From positions 1-64,000 of IMG/VR virus record IMGVR_UViG_3300026484_000157: a stretch of DNA of 64,000 nt; one strand, 5' to 3'. Shown here piece by piece: positions 30,154-39,722 of the stretch. The position numbers and the translations under genes are program-made. Under the pieces are notes generated by a model, which saw nothing but the letters and a program-made list of their open reading frames with translations, had not been told where the DNA came from and did not search any database. Within the stretch, counting starts at the first letter, position 1. The number at the start of each line of letters is the position of its first letter. This DNA is from a virus.

Positions 30154-30247
30154 TGAATATAATTTTTCTGTTTTAGACATAAATCATATAGATTATGGTG
30201 AGCTTGTGTTTATGATAGAACTCATAAAGGCGAAACAAGCAACCTAA
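30050..30247 (+). CDS. Small overlapping tail-chaperone ORF (start uncertain)
   Basis: +1 frame overlap with the upstream chaperone; ends just before the tape measure gene. Confidence 0.5.
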   Translation: MDIVPQYPFNLSIHSLFPIKETKALLLVKLDLLNSEYNFSVLDINHIDYGELVFMIELIKAKQAT

Positions 30248-30261
30248 ATAAGGGTTTGTCA

Positions 30262-32424
30262 ATGGAAAACAAGAAATTTGAATCAAAAAATACTAATAAA
30301 ATAATAAGCTCATTGCCAACAGACAATGAGCTATTAGATTCTCAATATAAACAGAATGACCTCCTTGCTCAAAATATAGAAATTTCTTCATCAATATTAT
30401 CATCTGAACAAGAAATGAAAGATACTATTCTAAATTACCTTGTTGAGGAGGGTGCATCAGAAGATGAATCTTCAGAGGTAATCGCCAAATTAGATGAAAT
30501 TCAAATGATTGAATTGTTTGACAAAATAAATGAAATCACTCAGAGATTAGATCCAATAACCCAATCAATTGCTAATACTACTAATCTCTCTGAAATATCT
30601 AATACTACTACAAGTGTTGCAGAAAAAACTAATAATATCACAAGTTCAGAATCAAATTCGGCAACATCTAATGATAATTCATCTAAATCAAACAAGACAG
30701 GTATTCTCGGTAAAATTGGTAGTGGGTTAAAGAACTCAAAAATATTAGATACAGCTATTTATGGTGCATTAGGAATGACTGGAATGTCTTCTGTGGCTTC
30801 AACACTATCAACAGTTACCTCAACAATGACTGGTGGTGATGTAAGTCTTGATAATGGTAACATAATAGAAAATATAACTAAATCTCCAAAATCAATAATA
30901 GAATCGCTTGGAATAAATTTGGATTCTAATGACTCGGCTGACGATAATAGTAATAATAAGGTAACAAATAATACTACCTCAACAGCACTATTACCTACTC
31001 AAAATAATGATGAGGTAACAAATAATCTTGAGTCAATATCTACTTCAACAGCATTGATCGCTGATTCTATGAAGGATTCTACAAATACCCTAAGGGATAT
31101 TAATAAAACTAACATTGAATCGAATACAGAAACAAGCGAATTAATAGATATTCAACGGAATGCTGATATTGATAGATTAGAACAACAAGATACATTACAA
31201 GAGATAGCTGATAATATCGAGGACATTGATGGTGGTTCATCTAAAGGTGGAATGTTCAATAAACTCTCTAGAAGATTCAAGAAACTAGGTGGTGGACTAA
31301 TTAATAAAGTTAACAGTGCTATGTCAATAGGGAAAAATCTAATCACTAAATCTTTTTCATCAATAGTTGGCAAATCTTCATCAATAGTAACATCAATTGC
31401 TGATATGTCTAAATCATCAATATCTTCAATTGGAGACTCAATGTCGATATTAAAATCTAAATCTTCATCAATAATGACGAGTCTTTCGAAAGGATCATCT
31501 AAATTATTATCGAGTATCACTGATAAACTAGGTGGTATGTTTGGGAAACTAACAGGAAAACTAGGTGGATTATTAAGTGGTAAAGGTGGAGGATTACTAG
31601 GAAAACTAGGTGGCATGGTTAGTGGATCTGGTGGTGGACTGATGTCTAAAGTCGGATCGATCGGTGGTAAATTAGGAGGAGTACTAGGTGGGGCATCTAA
31701 ATTTCTTGGACCAATAGCAGCATTAGGTACTGCAGCATATGGTGGATTCAAGGGATGGAATCAAGCAGGTGAGAATTTTGATATAGAGGAAGGTAAAGAA
31801 GCCACAATGGGTCAGAAGATGTCATCTGCTTTAGGTGGGGCATTAGATTCTGTATCATTCGGATTGCTTGATGGTAAATCAATGTCTAAGGGCATCCATT
31901 CCATCGGATCATCAATAGGCGATTTCTTTGGATTTGGTGGAGACGATAAAAAAGACAATCCTATAACAACTAATGAGGCTTTAGTGTCTAGTGATCACAA
32001 GTCATCATTAGTGTCTGAAAAAACAGATGAAGTTTCAACAACATCAGTATCAGATACTGAAAATAAATCAACATGGATGGATACAATCAAAAATGTTGCA
32101 ATGATGACTCCAGTTGGAATAGTCGGAAAAATGGCATATGATGCTATATCAACTCCATCAAATAATGAAGTAACTACTTCGATTGGTAATGGAGAATTAG
32201 GGTCAGTTCCAAATACTTCAAAGATAAACAATAAAAGTGAGTCATTGTCAGAATCACTATCAACAACAATAAATAACATGGGTAATGTAATATCTAATAC
32301 AGTTTCTCATATGATTGGTAGCAGTAGCCCAATGCCAGTGTCACAACCAACACCACCAATGAAGAAGCCATCAATAGATGACAATGGCATGGTATTAATA
32401 ACAAGTAACTTTTTTGAAGGATAA
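30262..32424 (+). CDS. Tape measure protein
   Basis: Ser/Gly-rich helical repeats (KLGG units, ~31525-31695), position after chaperones; ATG 30262 fits the RBS better than TTG 30256. Confidence 0.75.
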   Translation: MENKKFESKNTNKIISSLPTDNELLDSQYKQNDLLAQNIEISSSILSSEQEMKDTILNYLVEEGASEDESSEVIAKLDEIQMIELFDKINEITQRLDPITQSIANTTNLSEISNTTTSVAEKTNNITSSESNSATSNDNSSKSNKTGILGKIGSGLKNSKILDTAIYGALGMTGMSSVASTLSTVTSTMTGGDVSLDNGNIIENITKSPKSIIESLGINLDSNDSADDNSNNKVTNNTTSTALLPTQNNDEVTNNLESISTSTALIADSMKDSTNTLRDINKTNIESNTETSELIDIQRNADIDRLEQQDTLQEIADNIEDIDGGSSKGGMFNKLSRRFKKLGGGLINKVNSAMSIGKNLITKSFSSIVGKSSSIVTSIADMSKSSISSIGDSMSILKSKSSSIMTSLSKGSSKLLSSITDKLGGMFGKLTGKLGGLLSGKGGGLLGKLGGMVSGSGGGLMSKVGSIGGKLGGVLGGASKFLGPIAALGTAAYGGFKGWNQAGENFDIEEGKEATMGQKMSSALGGALDSVSFGLLDGKSMSKGIHSIGSSIGDFFGFGGDDKKDNPITTNEALVSSDHKSSLVSEKTDEVSTTSVSDTENKSTWMDTIKNVAMMTPVGIVGKMAYDAISTPSNNEVTTSIGNGELGSVPNTSKINNKSESLSESLSTTINNMGNVISNTVSHMIGSSSPMPVSQPTPPMKKPSIDDNGMVLITSNFFEG

Positions 32425-32427
32425 TTA

Positions 32428-33042
32428 GTGTTTGCAAATAACTATATAGAAAAATTAACAAGTAACCCAAAATATAAACTAATGATAGCACTACCAACTG
32501 GTGGGATTGTAACTGGATACATGAAAGATGATCTAGCACTATCAATAAATTCCGAGTATAATTCACCTTTTGAATTGTCACAAACAGGTGGGGTATCTGA
32601 TATGTTAGAAAAAGCATCAGGTATGTTCGGTGCTTCAATGTCACTAAAAACAGTGGCAGAATCAAAATTATTATGGAAATCATCTTCGATGTCACCAATC
32701 CAAGTAACTTTTTCAATAGTTGCTCTGAATCCAGGAGATGATGTAAGAGAAAAGGTCAGAACATTATCAAAAGCAGTATTTCCGACTTCAGATGGTGTGG
32801 GTGGAACACTTAAAGCTCCAATGGGATATGCACCAGGTATGCCGACTTCAAAACCAGTTAATACTGTGTCAATGAAAATAGGATCTTGGTTTAATGCATC
32901 TTATTTAGTAATTCGTGGGCTAAACCCAACTTTTAGTAAAGATGTGATAAAATCTGGATTGCCTTTATATGTCGATATATCACTAACTTTAGAACCATCA
33001 TTACAACTGACACAAGACGATTTTATCGCTTGGATTTCATAA
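32428..33042 (+). CDS. Baseplate/tube junction protein
   Basis: W..S, VFP, IGSWF, P.Y.DIS.TLEP pattern after the tape measure gene. Confidence 0.6.
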   Translation: MFANNYIEKLTSNPKYKLMIALPTGGIVTGYMKDDLALSINSEYNSPFELSQTGGVSDMLEKASGMFGASMSLKTVAESKLLWKSSSMSPIQVTFSIVALNPGDDVREKVRTLSKAVFPTSDGVGGTLKAPMGYAPGMPTSKPVNTVSMKIGSWFNASYLVIRGLNPTFSKDVIKSGLPLYVDISLTLEPSLQLTQDDFIAWIS

Positions 33043-33051
33043 GGATAATTC

Positions 33052-33414
33052 ATGTACTTTTTTAACAATAAATCAGATTCTTCTACAAAGTTCGCAATTG
33101 AAAATTTTGTAGAATTTAAAGAGGGCACTTTTGATCCTATTAACTCCGAGATAATGGATCAGATCAAAACCTTGAAAGAGGTTGGAGTAACTATTGTAAC
33201 AACAGAAGAAATGAGACCAGATCTAATATCATTTAAGATATACGGATCCACACAATATTGGTTTCTTTTATTACTATATAATGATATAATAGACTTCACC
33301 GATCTAAAGTTAGGGGACACAATAAGATATTTTAATATTGTGGATTTAGAAGGATTATTCTTTGATCTAAAAAGGAGATCCAAGAATAATCTAAGTGAAA
33401 GGGAAGAATTTTGA
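33052..33414 (+). CDS. Baseplate wedge protein (T4 gp53-like, LysM-like)
   Basis: RPDLISFKIYGSTQYW..LLYN.I....L..G. Confidence 0.8.
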   Translation: MYFFNNKSDSSTKFAIENFVEFKEGTFDPINSEIMDQIKTLKEVGVTIVTTEEMRPDLISFKIYGSTQYWFLLLLYNDIIDFTDLKLGDTIRYFNIVDLEGLFFDLKRRSKNNLSEREEF

Positions 33415-34559
33415 TTGGAATTAAAGGACAATATACCGTATCGATATCAATCGGACCATTCGATAATTTCCTGAATGAGAAAGATTTAAAGCATTTAGCA
33501 ATCTATGAATATAGTGGGAACATTGCACCACAATTCGAAATCATATTTCAAACTGCACAAGATACAATTATGGAATATATAAATGAGGGGAACTTCTTCA
33601 ACATAGGACTAGGTAAGGATTCAACTGATGAAAAGATAATATATGGAGTTCCACAATCTGTTAAATCACAAAGACAAGGTAAGGATAATTATATAATCAA
33701 CTGTAAGGGAACTATACAAGAGTCAATTGAATATAACAATGTCCAAAAAATTAGATCATTTAGGTCAATGAATGTACCTGATCTAGTTTTTGACATTGTA
33801 GATGCTCATTCAATCGACACAATTGTCGATATCAAGCCAGATTCATCGACACAAGACTTATGGGTACAACACAATATTACTGATAAGATGTTTGTCGATG
33901 AGGTAATAAAAAGATACTATAGAAAAGGATCATTCCTTGCTCTTGCTATTGACAGTGAAGGAAATTTCATAATTAAAGATTTAGATTCCATAACTGATAA
34001 AGAGCCTGACTGGATAATAGTATATCCAGATAGTGGAATATCAGGAGAAAATATCATAATTTATGATTTGGACTCGGAATTCGTATCACAATCAGGAGTT
34101 ACAAATAAATGGGCAGGTATAACAAGAGAGCAATATCAATATGACTTACATAAAGATGAATTCATTAATATAACCGATCATGGAGTTGAGCCTTTATTCA
34201 CAGGTAATGACTTCAATAGAAATCAGAACTACGGAAAAAGAACATCAAATTTTGCTTTTATTGATGAATGTCAGCACAAAGATTTTGTAAAAGCTATTGG
34301 AACCTCATTTCAATCAATGGCATTATTTTCATCTCATCCCTTGAAGTTATCTTATACAAATCAATTCAAAAATGTTAGACCCTTAGATTTAGCTACTTTT
34401 CTAGATAATCCAATAGAATCACCTAACAACATCCCTGATTATTTCAGTGGAAATTATATAGTAGAGAGTGTAACAACTTTATATGCAGACTCTGCTTTCA
34501 GAATGTATGTAACATTAACTAGAGAATCATTGAATAAAATAACTGGGAGTTTCATGTGA
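33411..34559 (+). CDS. Baseplate hub protein (gp27-like)
   Basis: Position before the spike; WVQ..TD..F and SGNYIV motifs. Confidence 0.6.
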   Translation: MIGIKGQYTVSISIGPFDNFLNEKDLKHLAIYEYSGNIAPQFEIIFQTAQDTIMEYINEGNFFNIGLGKDSTDEKIIYGVPQSVKSQRQGKDNYIINCKGTIQESIEYNNVQKIRSFRSMNVPDLVFDIVDAHSIDTIVDIKPDSSTQDLWVQHNITDKMFVDEVIKRYYRKGSFLALAIDSEGNFIIKDLDSITDKEPDWIIVYPDSGISGENIIIYDLDSEFVSQSGVTNKWAGITREQYQYDLHKDEFINITDHGVEPLFTGNDFNRNQNYGKRTSNFAFIDECQHKDFVKAIGTSFQSMALFSSHPLKLSYTNQFKNVRPLDLATFLDNPIESPNNIPDYFSGNYIVESVTTLYADSAFRMYVTLTRESLNKITGSFM

Positions 34560-35476
34560 TAGCAAATCCAATAGATAACATAAGTAAAATAAAACATCTA
34601 CAAGGAGTCCATATTGGTGAGGTTGTAGACAACGAGGATCCAGAACAGCTTGGAAGAATAAGAGTCATGATCTTGGATTTATTTGAGGGATTAGCACCTG
34701 ATGAACTGCCATGGATGTATGTAATGCATCCAGTTGGTATAGGTGGCTCTCCTTACTCATCATTTTCAGGAATTCCAGAAAATAAAACCCAAGTTGTTTG
34801 TTCATTTCCACAAAATGATATATATCATGGCACTGTAATTGGGATATTAGTGTCACAAAGAACAAGACATGACGATAGGCACTCAAAATCAGGTGGTAAA
34901 TGCCAAACTGGTAAAAGCCCAAATCCTGCTAATGAAAATGACTCAAATGAAGCAGGATTACTTCCTAACAAATGTGGATGTGATACTGAGATAAATGATA
35001 CCAAATATACATCTCCACTAGATGTATGTAATAATGTGGATTTTAATGAAGATTATCCAGAGTCTTATGGTTGGGTAGATCGACTAATGAACTTTCTAAA
35101 GATAAATAAAAAGAAGAAAGAAGTAACAATGCACCATTCATCTGGATCATTTCTCAAAATCGATGAAAAGGGTAATGTTAACATTAAAATAACTGGCAAT
35201 TTAAAGGTCGTAATTGAAAAAGACTCAACCACTCAAATTGAGGGGAACAAAGACGAAGTAGTATTTAAAGACTGGTATAGACATCTTAAAGGTAAAAAAG
35301 ATGAAATTGTGGATAAAAGAATTAAAATCCTTAATAAGGACACGATAGATACACTGACTCAAAAATGGGGAAAATATCACTATAATGGTAATATTGATAT
35401 AACTTCATCTAAACAAGGACTAATTTCAATGACGAGTACTCTCACATTGAAAGGGTCTACAATATTAGAAAATTAA
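34556..35476 (+). CDS. Baseplate central spike (gp5/VgrG OB-fold plus beta-helix)
   Basis: GEVVDNEDPEQLGRIRV, LPW, H.SGS.LKID, beta-helix repeats. Confidence 0.85.
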   Translation: MIANPIDNISKIKHLQGVHIGEVVDNEDPEQLGRIRVMILDLFEGLAPDELPWMYVMHPVGIGGSPYSSFSGIPENKTQVVCSFPQNDIYHGTVIGILVSQRTRHDDRHSKSGGKCQTGKSPNPANENDSNEAGLLPNKCGCDTEINDTKYTSPLDVCNNVDFNEDYPESYGWVDRLMNFLKINKKKKEVTMHHSSGSFLKIDEKGNVNIKITGNLKVVIEKDSTTQIEGNKDEVVFKDWYRHLKGKKDEIVDKRIKILNKDTIDTLTQKWGKYHYNGNIDITSSKQGLISMTSTLTLKGSTILEN

Positions 35477-35485
35477 GGATACAAC

Positions 35486-36436
35486 ATGTTTGAATCAGAA
35501 TATCACTCGTTGATTTCAACACTAAATCGATCTAAAGATTGTACATTTGCTTGTGAAGATTCTCCCACAATGTGGAGTCCTCTTACAAATTACGACATTA
35601 ATACTATTGTTATTCCACCTGATCCACTATACAATGGATATCAATACAAACTGATGGAATCAAACTCATCGTTATATAATATACAAAGAAAACCACTATC
35701 AGGTGTAAATTCTCCAAATTGGAATTCTGATATAATAAATGATGGGGAATTGGTATGGAAAAAAGATGGACTAACTCCAATGTGTAAACAACTATTTTCA
35801 ATACTAGGTGTTAATACTATTGAGGCAGTTCCAAATGCAGTCCAAGCATTAATTGATACACAAGAGTCAATTGAAGGATATTTATCTCAATCAATAGCAC
35901 ATTTAATTGAAAAGAGACAAAATTTATTAGGATCTCTTAATCAAATACAATTACCAAAAATGCAAATACCTGATTTCACTGATTGTGGTGTTGAGATAGA
36001 ATTACCAGATTTAGACTTTCTAAGTAATTTATCTCTTCCAGATTTTGGTGGAGATACTCCAATTGACCCCAATGAATTGACTTCAATGCTAGAATGTATG
36101 GCTGATGAAGATTCTGCAGGAATCTTAGAAGAATTAGTATCCGATGCAACCTCAAAATTAGATGTGATAAATGCATTATCACCTTCAAATGTTGTTAAAG
36201 GCATTTATAGTGTGTTAGATGATTCAATAGTAAATATGGATAACAATTTCCAAGTATCTAGTTCAGGCTCGGATTTAAATTGTAATCAAGAAGATTCTAA
36301 TGGCAATAAAGATTATTGTAAAACAGAATATGGAAGAAAATGTATATGTATGAAACTGTCATCGATAATGTCATACAATTCAAAATCAGCACTTAAATCT
36401 ATGAAAAAAGATTATGATATGTTCAAGGCAGTATAA
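35486..36436 (+). CDS. Hypothetical virion protein
   Basis: 316-aa ORF in the baseplate cluster. Confidence 0.6.
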   Translation: MFESEYHSLISTLNRSKDCTFACEDSPTMWSPLTNYDINTIVIPPDPLYNGYQYKLMESNSSLYNIQRKPLSGVNSPNWNSDIINDGELVWKKDGLTPMCKQLFSILGVNTIEAVPNAVQALIDTQESIEGYLSQSIAHLIEKRQNLLGSLNQIQLPKMQIPDFTDCGVEIELPDLDFLSNLSLPDFGGDTPIDPNELTSMLECMADEDSAGILEELVSDATSKLDVINALSPSNVVKGIYSVLDDSIVNMDNNFQVSSSGSDLNCNQEDSNGNKDYCKTEYGRKCICMKLSSIMSYNSKSALKSMKKDYDMFKAV

Positions 36437-37683
36437 TGGCAACAATTAAAGACCTAAAGTATATAGATGAAAACGGTGATTTAGTAGAATATGATTCCAA
36501 CATCATTATCACTTACGATGATGATACGACTGAAGACCTCCAAGATTTATTAATTCGAATAGACTCAAACACTGAATCGATAAAAAGTGATGTAACAACG
36601 ATAAAAGATGATGTCTCAACCTTAAAAAGCGATGCAACAGCTTTAAAAAGCGATGTATCAACGATAAAGGATGATGTTTCAACAACAAAAGATAATATAT
36701 TAACGATAAAAGATGGAACAAATGAAATCACTTTAACAGATTCTGATGGCAATGAAACGGCTATAAAAATTGCTGATGCCTTATCTAATATAACAAATAC
36801 AATTAATGAAATATCTAGTAATACGAATGGTACTGAAATAGAAAATATCTGGTCGGAGGTAGAAGGAATGACAAAAGCAATACAACAATTAGTTAATACA
36901 GTATCGGCAGTATTTGGTGGTGGGAAGCTTCATGGTACTGGTGCAATATATGAGACTTTAGGCACTGATGTAGACCCTAACACTAATACAGTATTCGAAT
37001 CTAATATAACAGAGGTGCTATCAATGTTATCTGATTCTTTTACATCAACAAATAAATATTATTACACAATTGAGGTAAAGACATTAGATAACAATGTAAC
37101 TTATTCTATTACCATCAACGGTGCAATTTATTCTATTAATTCTGATGATAATGCTACAAAACAAGAAATATACACTGCACTAGCAACATCAATAAATAAT
37201 GATGATGAGTCAATCGTAACTGCCACTAACAATGCAGTGTTATCATTATCAACTAAAAATCCATTACACAATATATCTGTGACAGTTTCTGAAAACCTAT
37301 CAATGTCGACACAATCAACAATCGATTTTGGGGATGCTATTAATTCTTTAAGAGACACACTTAAGGATCAAATGGAAGGATCAAGAGATTTAATTGCTAG
37401 AATTATGGTTGGACAAGATGAATCAAATATAATGATGGACAACGGTAAATATAGAAACATCTTGGATTCATTAACATCTTCAACTACAACTGGTATAAGT
37501 GATGCAATTAGGGAACTATCACTGAATCAAGAATATCAACAAGCTCTAATGCAAATTACACAAGGTAAAACTAGTCCAGAGATACTAGAACAAATGAATA
37601 TAATGTATCCAAACCTCAGCAAAGCTAAAAAGGTAATATTATCTGATTTCTTAGCCAAGCTTAAAAACAATGGGAGAATATAA
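36436..37683 (+). CDS. Hypothetical coiled-coil virion protein
   Basis: Heptad repeats plus a beta domain. Confidence 0.6.
   Translation: MATIKDLKYIDENGDLVEYDSNIIITYDDDTTEDLQDLLIRIDSNTESIKSDVTTIKDDVSTLKSDATALKSDVSTIKDDVSTTKDNILTIKDGTNEITLTDSDGNETAIKIADALSNITNTINEISSNTNGTEIENIWSEVEGMTKAIQQLVNTVSAVFGGGKLHGTGAIYETLGTDVDPNTNTVFESNITEVLSMLSDSFTSTNKYYYTIEVKTLDNNVTYSITINGAIYSINSDDNATKQEIYTALATSINNDDESIVTATNNAVLSLSTKNPLHNISVTVSENLSMSTQSTIDFGDAINSLRDTLKDQMEGSRDLIARIMVGQDESNIMMDNGKYRNILDSLTSSTTTGISDAIRELSLNQEYQQALMQITQGKTSPEILEQMNIMYPNLSKAKKVILSDFLAKLKNNGRI
36580..36714 (+). repeat. 21-nt (heptad) coding tandem repeat, about six copies
   Basis: IKSDVTT/IKDDVST/LKSDATA/LKSDVST/IKDDVST/TKDNILT. Confidence 0.8.
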
Positions 37684-37967
37684 TGCCACCATCAGTAAGA
37701 TTAGGTGATGTTTGTACAGGTCATGGTTGTTACGGAAGCAGATCCAATGATCAAGGCTCTCCTGATGTAATAGTAAATGGTCTACCTAAACATAGAGTAG
37801 GAGACCACTGGGTTACCCACTGTTGTGGACCAGCATGTCATGATTCTACTCAAGCCAGTGGATCACCAGATGTAATAACAAATGGATCAGCAGCAGCACG
37901 AGTAGGTGACGATATAGCTTGTGGCTCAAGTAATCAACAAGGCTCTCCTGATGTTATAATAAATTAG
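37683..37967 (+). CDS. PAAR spike-tip protein
   Basis: RLGD.CTGH, GSPDV..NG..ARVGD..CGS repeats. Confidence 0.92.
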   Translation: MPPSVRLGDVCTGHGCYGSRSNDQGSPDVIVNGLPKHRVGDHWVTHCCGPACHDSTQASGSPDVITNGSAAARVGDDIACGSSNQQGSPDVIIN

Positions 37968-37975
37968 GGGACTAG

Positions 37976-38359
37976 ATGAACAACATAAAACTTTATTCTG
38001 ATTTAGATCAAGACCTAAATGAAAGCATCATATCAGGTGTTGAACCAATTTTTCAATCAATATCAAATATCATAATGACAAGAATTGGAGAAAGACTATT
38101 TAATCCAGAATTCGGTTCAAGAGTTCCTGATTTATTATTCGAATTATTTTCTGAAGAACTTGCATTTGAGATATTTAATGAAGTAATAAATGCAATAGCA
38201 AGATGGGAACCGAGAGCAACTCTTATTTTAAATCAATCATATGTTACATTAGATCAGGACTATCATGTGTTTAGAATGAAATTAGTATTTCAGGTAAAAG
38301 GTTTGTCAGAAGATCAATTTGAGATATCTGGCGACTTAGAAAACCAAAAGTTAGGATAA
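37976..38359 (+). CDS. Baseplate wedge protein gp25/GPW-like
   Basis: T..GERLFNPEFGS, RWEPR. Confidence 0.9.
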   Translation: MNNIKLYSDLDQDLNESIISGVEPIFQSISNIIMTRIGERLFNPEFGSRVPDLLFELFSEELAFEIFNEVINAIARWEPRATLILNQSYVTLDQDYHVFRMKLVFQVKGLSEDQFEISGDLENQKLG

Positions 38360-38362
38360 ATA

Positions 38363-39721
38363 ATGACAAACAAAATTACGAATACTGATATAATTAAAGA
38401 TCTACAAGAGTTTATATCAACATTACCAGAAAGTCAAAAATTTGAAGATTTTTATAGTGGTGGTGCAGGTCAGACAATCTTAGAATTACTATCAGGTGTG
38501 GCTTCAATGACATCACATCAGAAGATGATGTTACAAAGAGAAGCATCAATCCAAAATGCACAGTTATTATCTTCTGTTGTTGAACACAGCATAAACAAAG
38601 GATTTTTTATTCCAACTGCTAAGTCAAGAATAGTTAGATATACAATTAAATTTTTTCAAAATGATACATTATCAGCAGGTGATATTATTGGTAAGTTTGC
38701 TGATGCAGATTATGATGCAATTTTCTTACAAGGGAAAGAATCATCAGCATCTGATTATGAAAAATCAATACACATCGATGCAGAAAAAACTTACATCATA
38801 GATGTGATTATTGGATATATGGAAACAACTCAGATCAAATTAACAAATTCTATTGATTTTGTGACTCATTTGATTAAAACTAAGAATAGATATTTAGATA
38901 ATCAATTTGAAAATCTCCAAATAAATAAAGTTAAAGCTAGAATTGTCGATTCAAATATGTCAGTACTAGATAAGGATTTGCCAAAATCAGTATTAAGACT
39001 TCCTTATGAAAACAATATAAAGTTAATATTTGGTAATGACATAACTGGAATAAAAGTAACTCACAAAGATGATATCCAATATACGACTCTGATGTTTAAT
39101 AATAATATTAATAATATTAATACAGAAACTTTTGAATCGACATTAAAATTACAGATAGAATCTTCAAAGACAATTAGAGTCGGTGTGCCTTATTTAGATA
39201 AAGAACAAATAAGATTTTCTGCTATAAGAAATTCAGTCGATGGTAGAATTATTGATACTAAAGATTATGAGAGATTCATAATGAAAGAGCTATATGGATA
39301 CATCAATGATGTATTCATTGATGAAACATTTCCATATAAATATATCTATATTTTGCCAAAAGAGACACTAACTCCAGAATATTTTGAGCAATTCAAATCA
39401 ACCTTAAAACTGAGAAGATTAATAGAAGATCGAGTATTTTGGAGAATGATTGAACCTGTCAGTATTAAAATATTATTCAATATCAATTATTCAGGGGATG
39501 CTTCAAAATTAACTATAGATAGTACAATAAAAGATTATAAGGATTCACTAACTTATAAAATATTTAAGGAAGACTCAGTAATCACCTCAACTGATGTATG
39601 CATAAATCTTACTGAGATGATTGGTAATGGTAAGTTCACACCAAACGAAGAAGCTTCATTTTCATTTAAGAAGCTAGAATATATAGATAGATTGTCTATC
39701 AGATATACAATGGGAGAATAA
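38363..39721 (+). CDS. Baseplate wedge protein gp6/J-like
   Basis: G..ILELL, E..I.NAQL.SS, FGN..G, R.I...DY. Confidence 0.75.
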   Translation: MTNKITNTDIIKDLQEFISTLPESQKFEDFYSGGAGQTILELLSGVASMTSHQKMMLQREASIQNAQLLSSVVEHSINKGFFIPTAKSRIVRYTIKFFQNDTLSAGDIIGKFADADYDAIFLQGKESSASDYEKSIHIDAEKTYIIDVIIGYMETTQIKLTNSIDFVTHLIKTKNRYLDNQFENLQINKVKARIVDSNMSVLDKDLPKSVLRLPYENNIKLIFGNDITGIKVTHKDDIQYTTLMFNNNINNINTETFESTLKLQIESSKTIRVGVPYLDKEQIRFSAIRNSVDGRIIDTKDYERFIMKELYGYINDVFIDETFPYKYIYILPKETLTPEYFEQFKSTLKLRRLIEDRVFWRMIEPVSIKILFNINYSGDASKLTIDSTIKDYKDSLTYKIFKEDSVITSTDVCINLTEMIGNGKFTPNEEASFSFKKLEYIDRLSIRYTMGE

Positions 39722-39722
39722 A

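Noticed and set aside
25504-39721. Bacterial T6SS, tailocin or eCIS locus
   Set aside because: Terminase, portal, capsid and replication genes are contiguous with the tail genes, indicating a phage.
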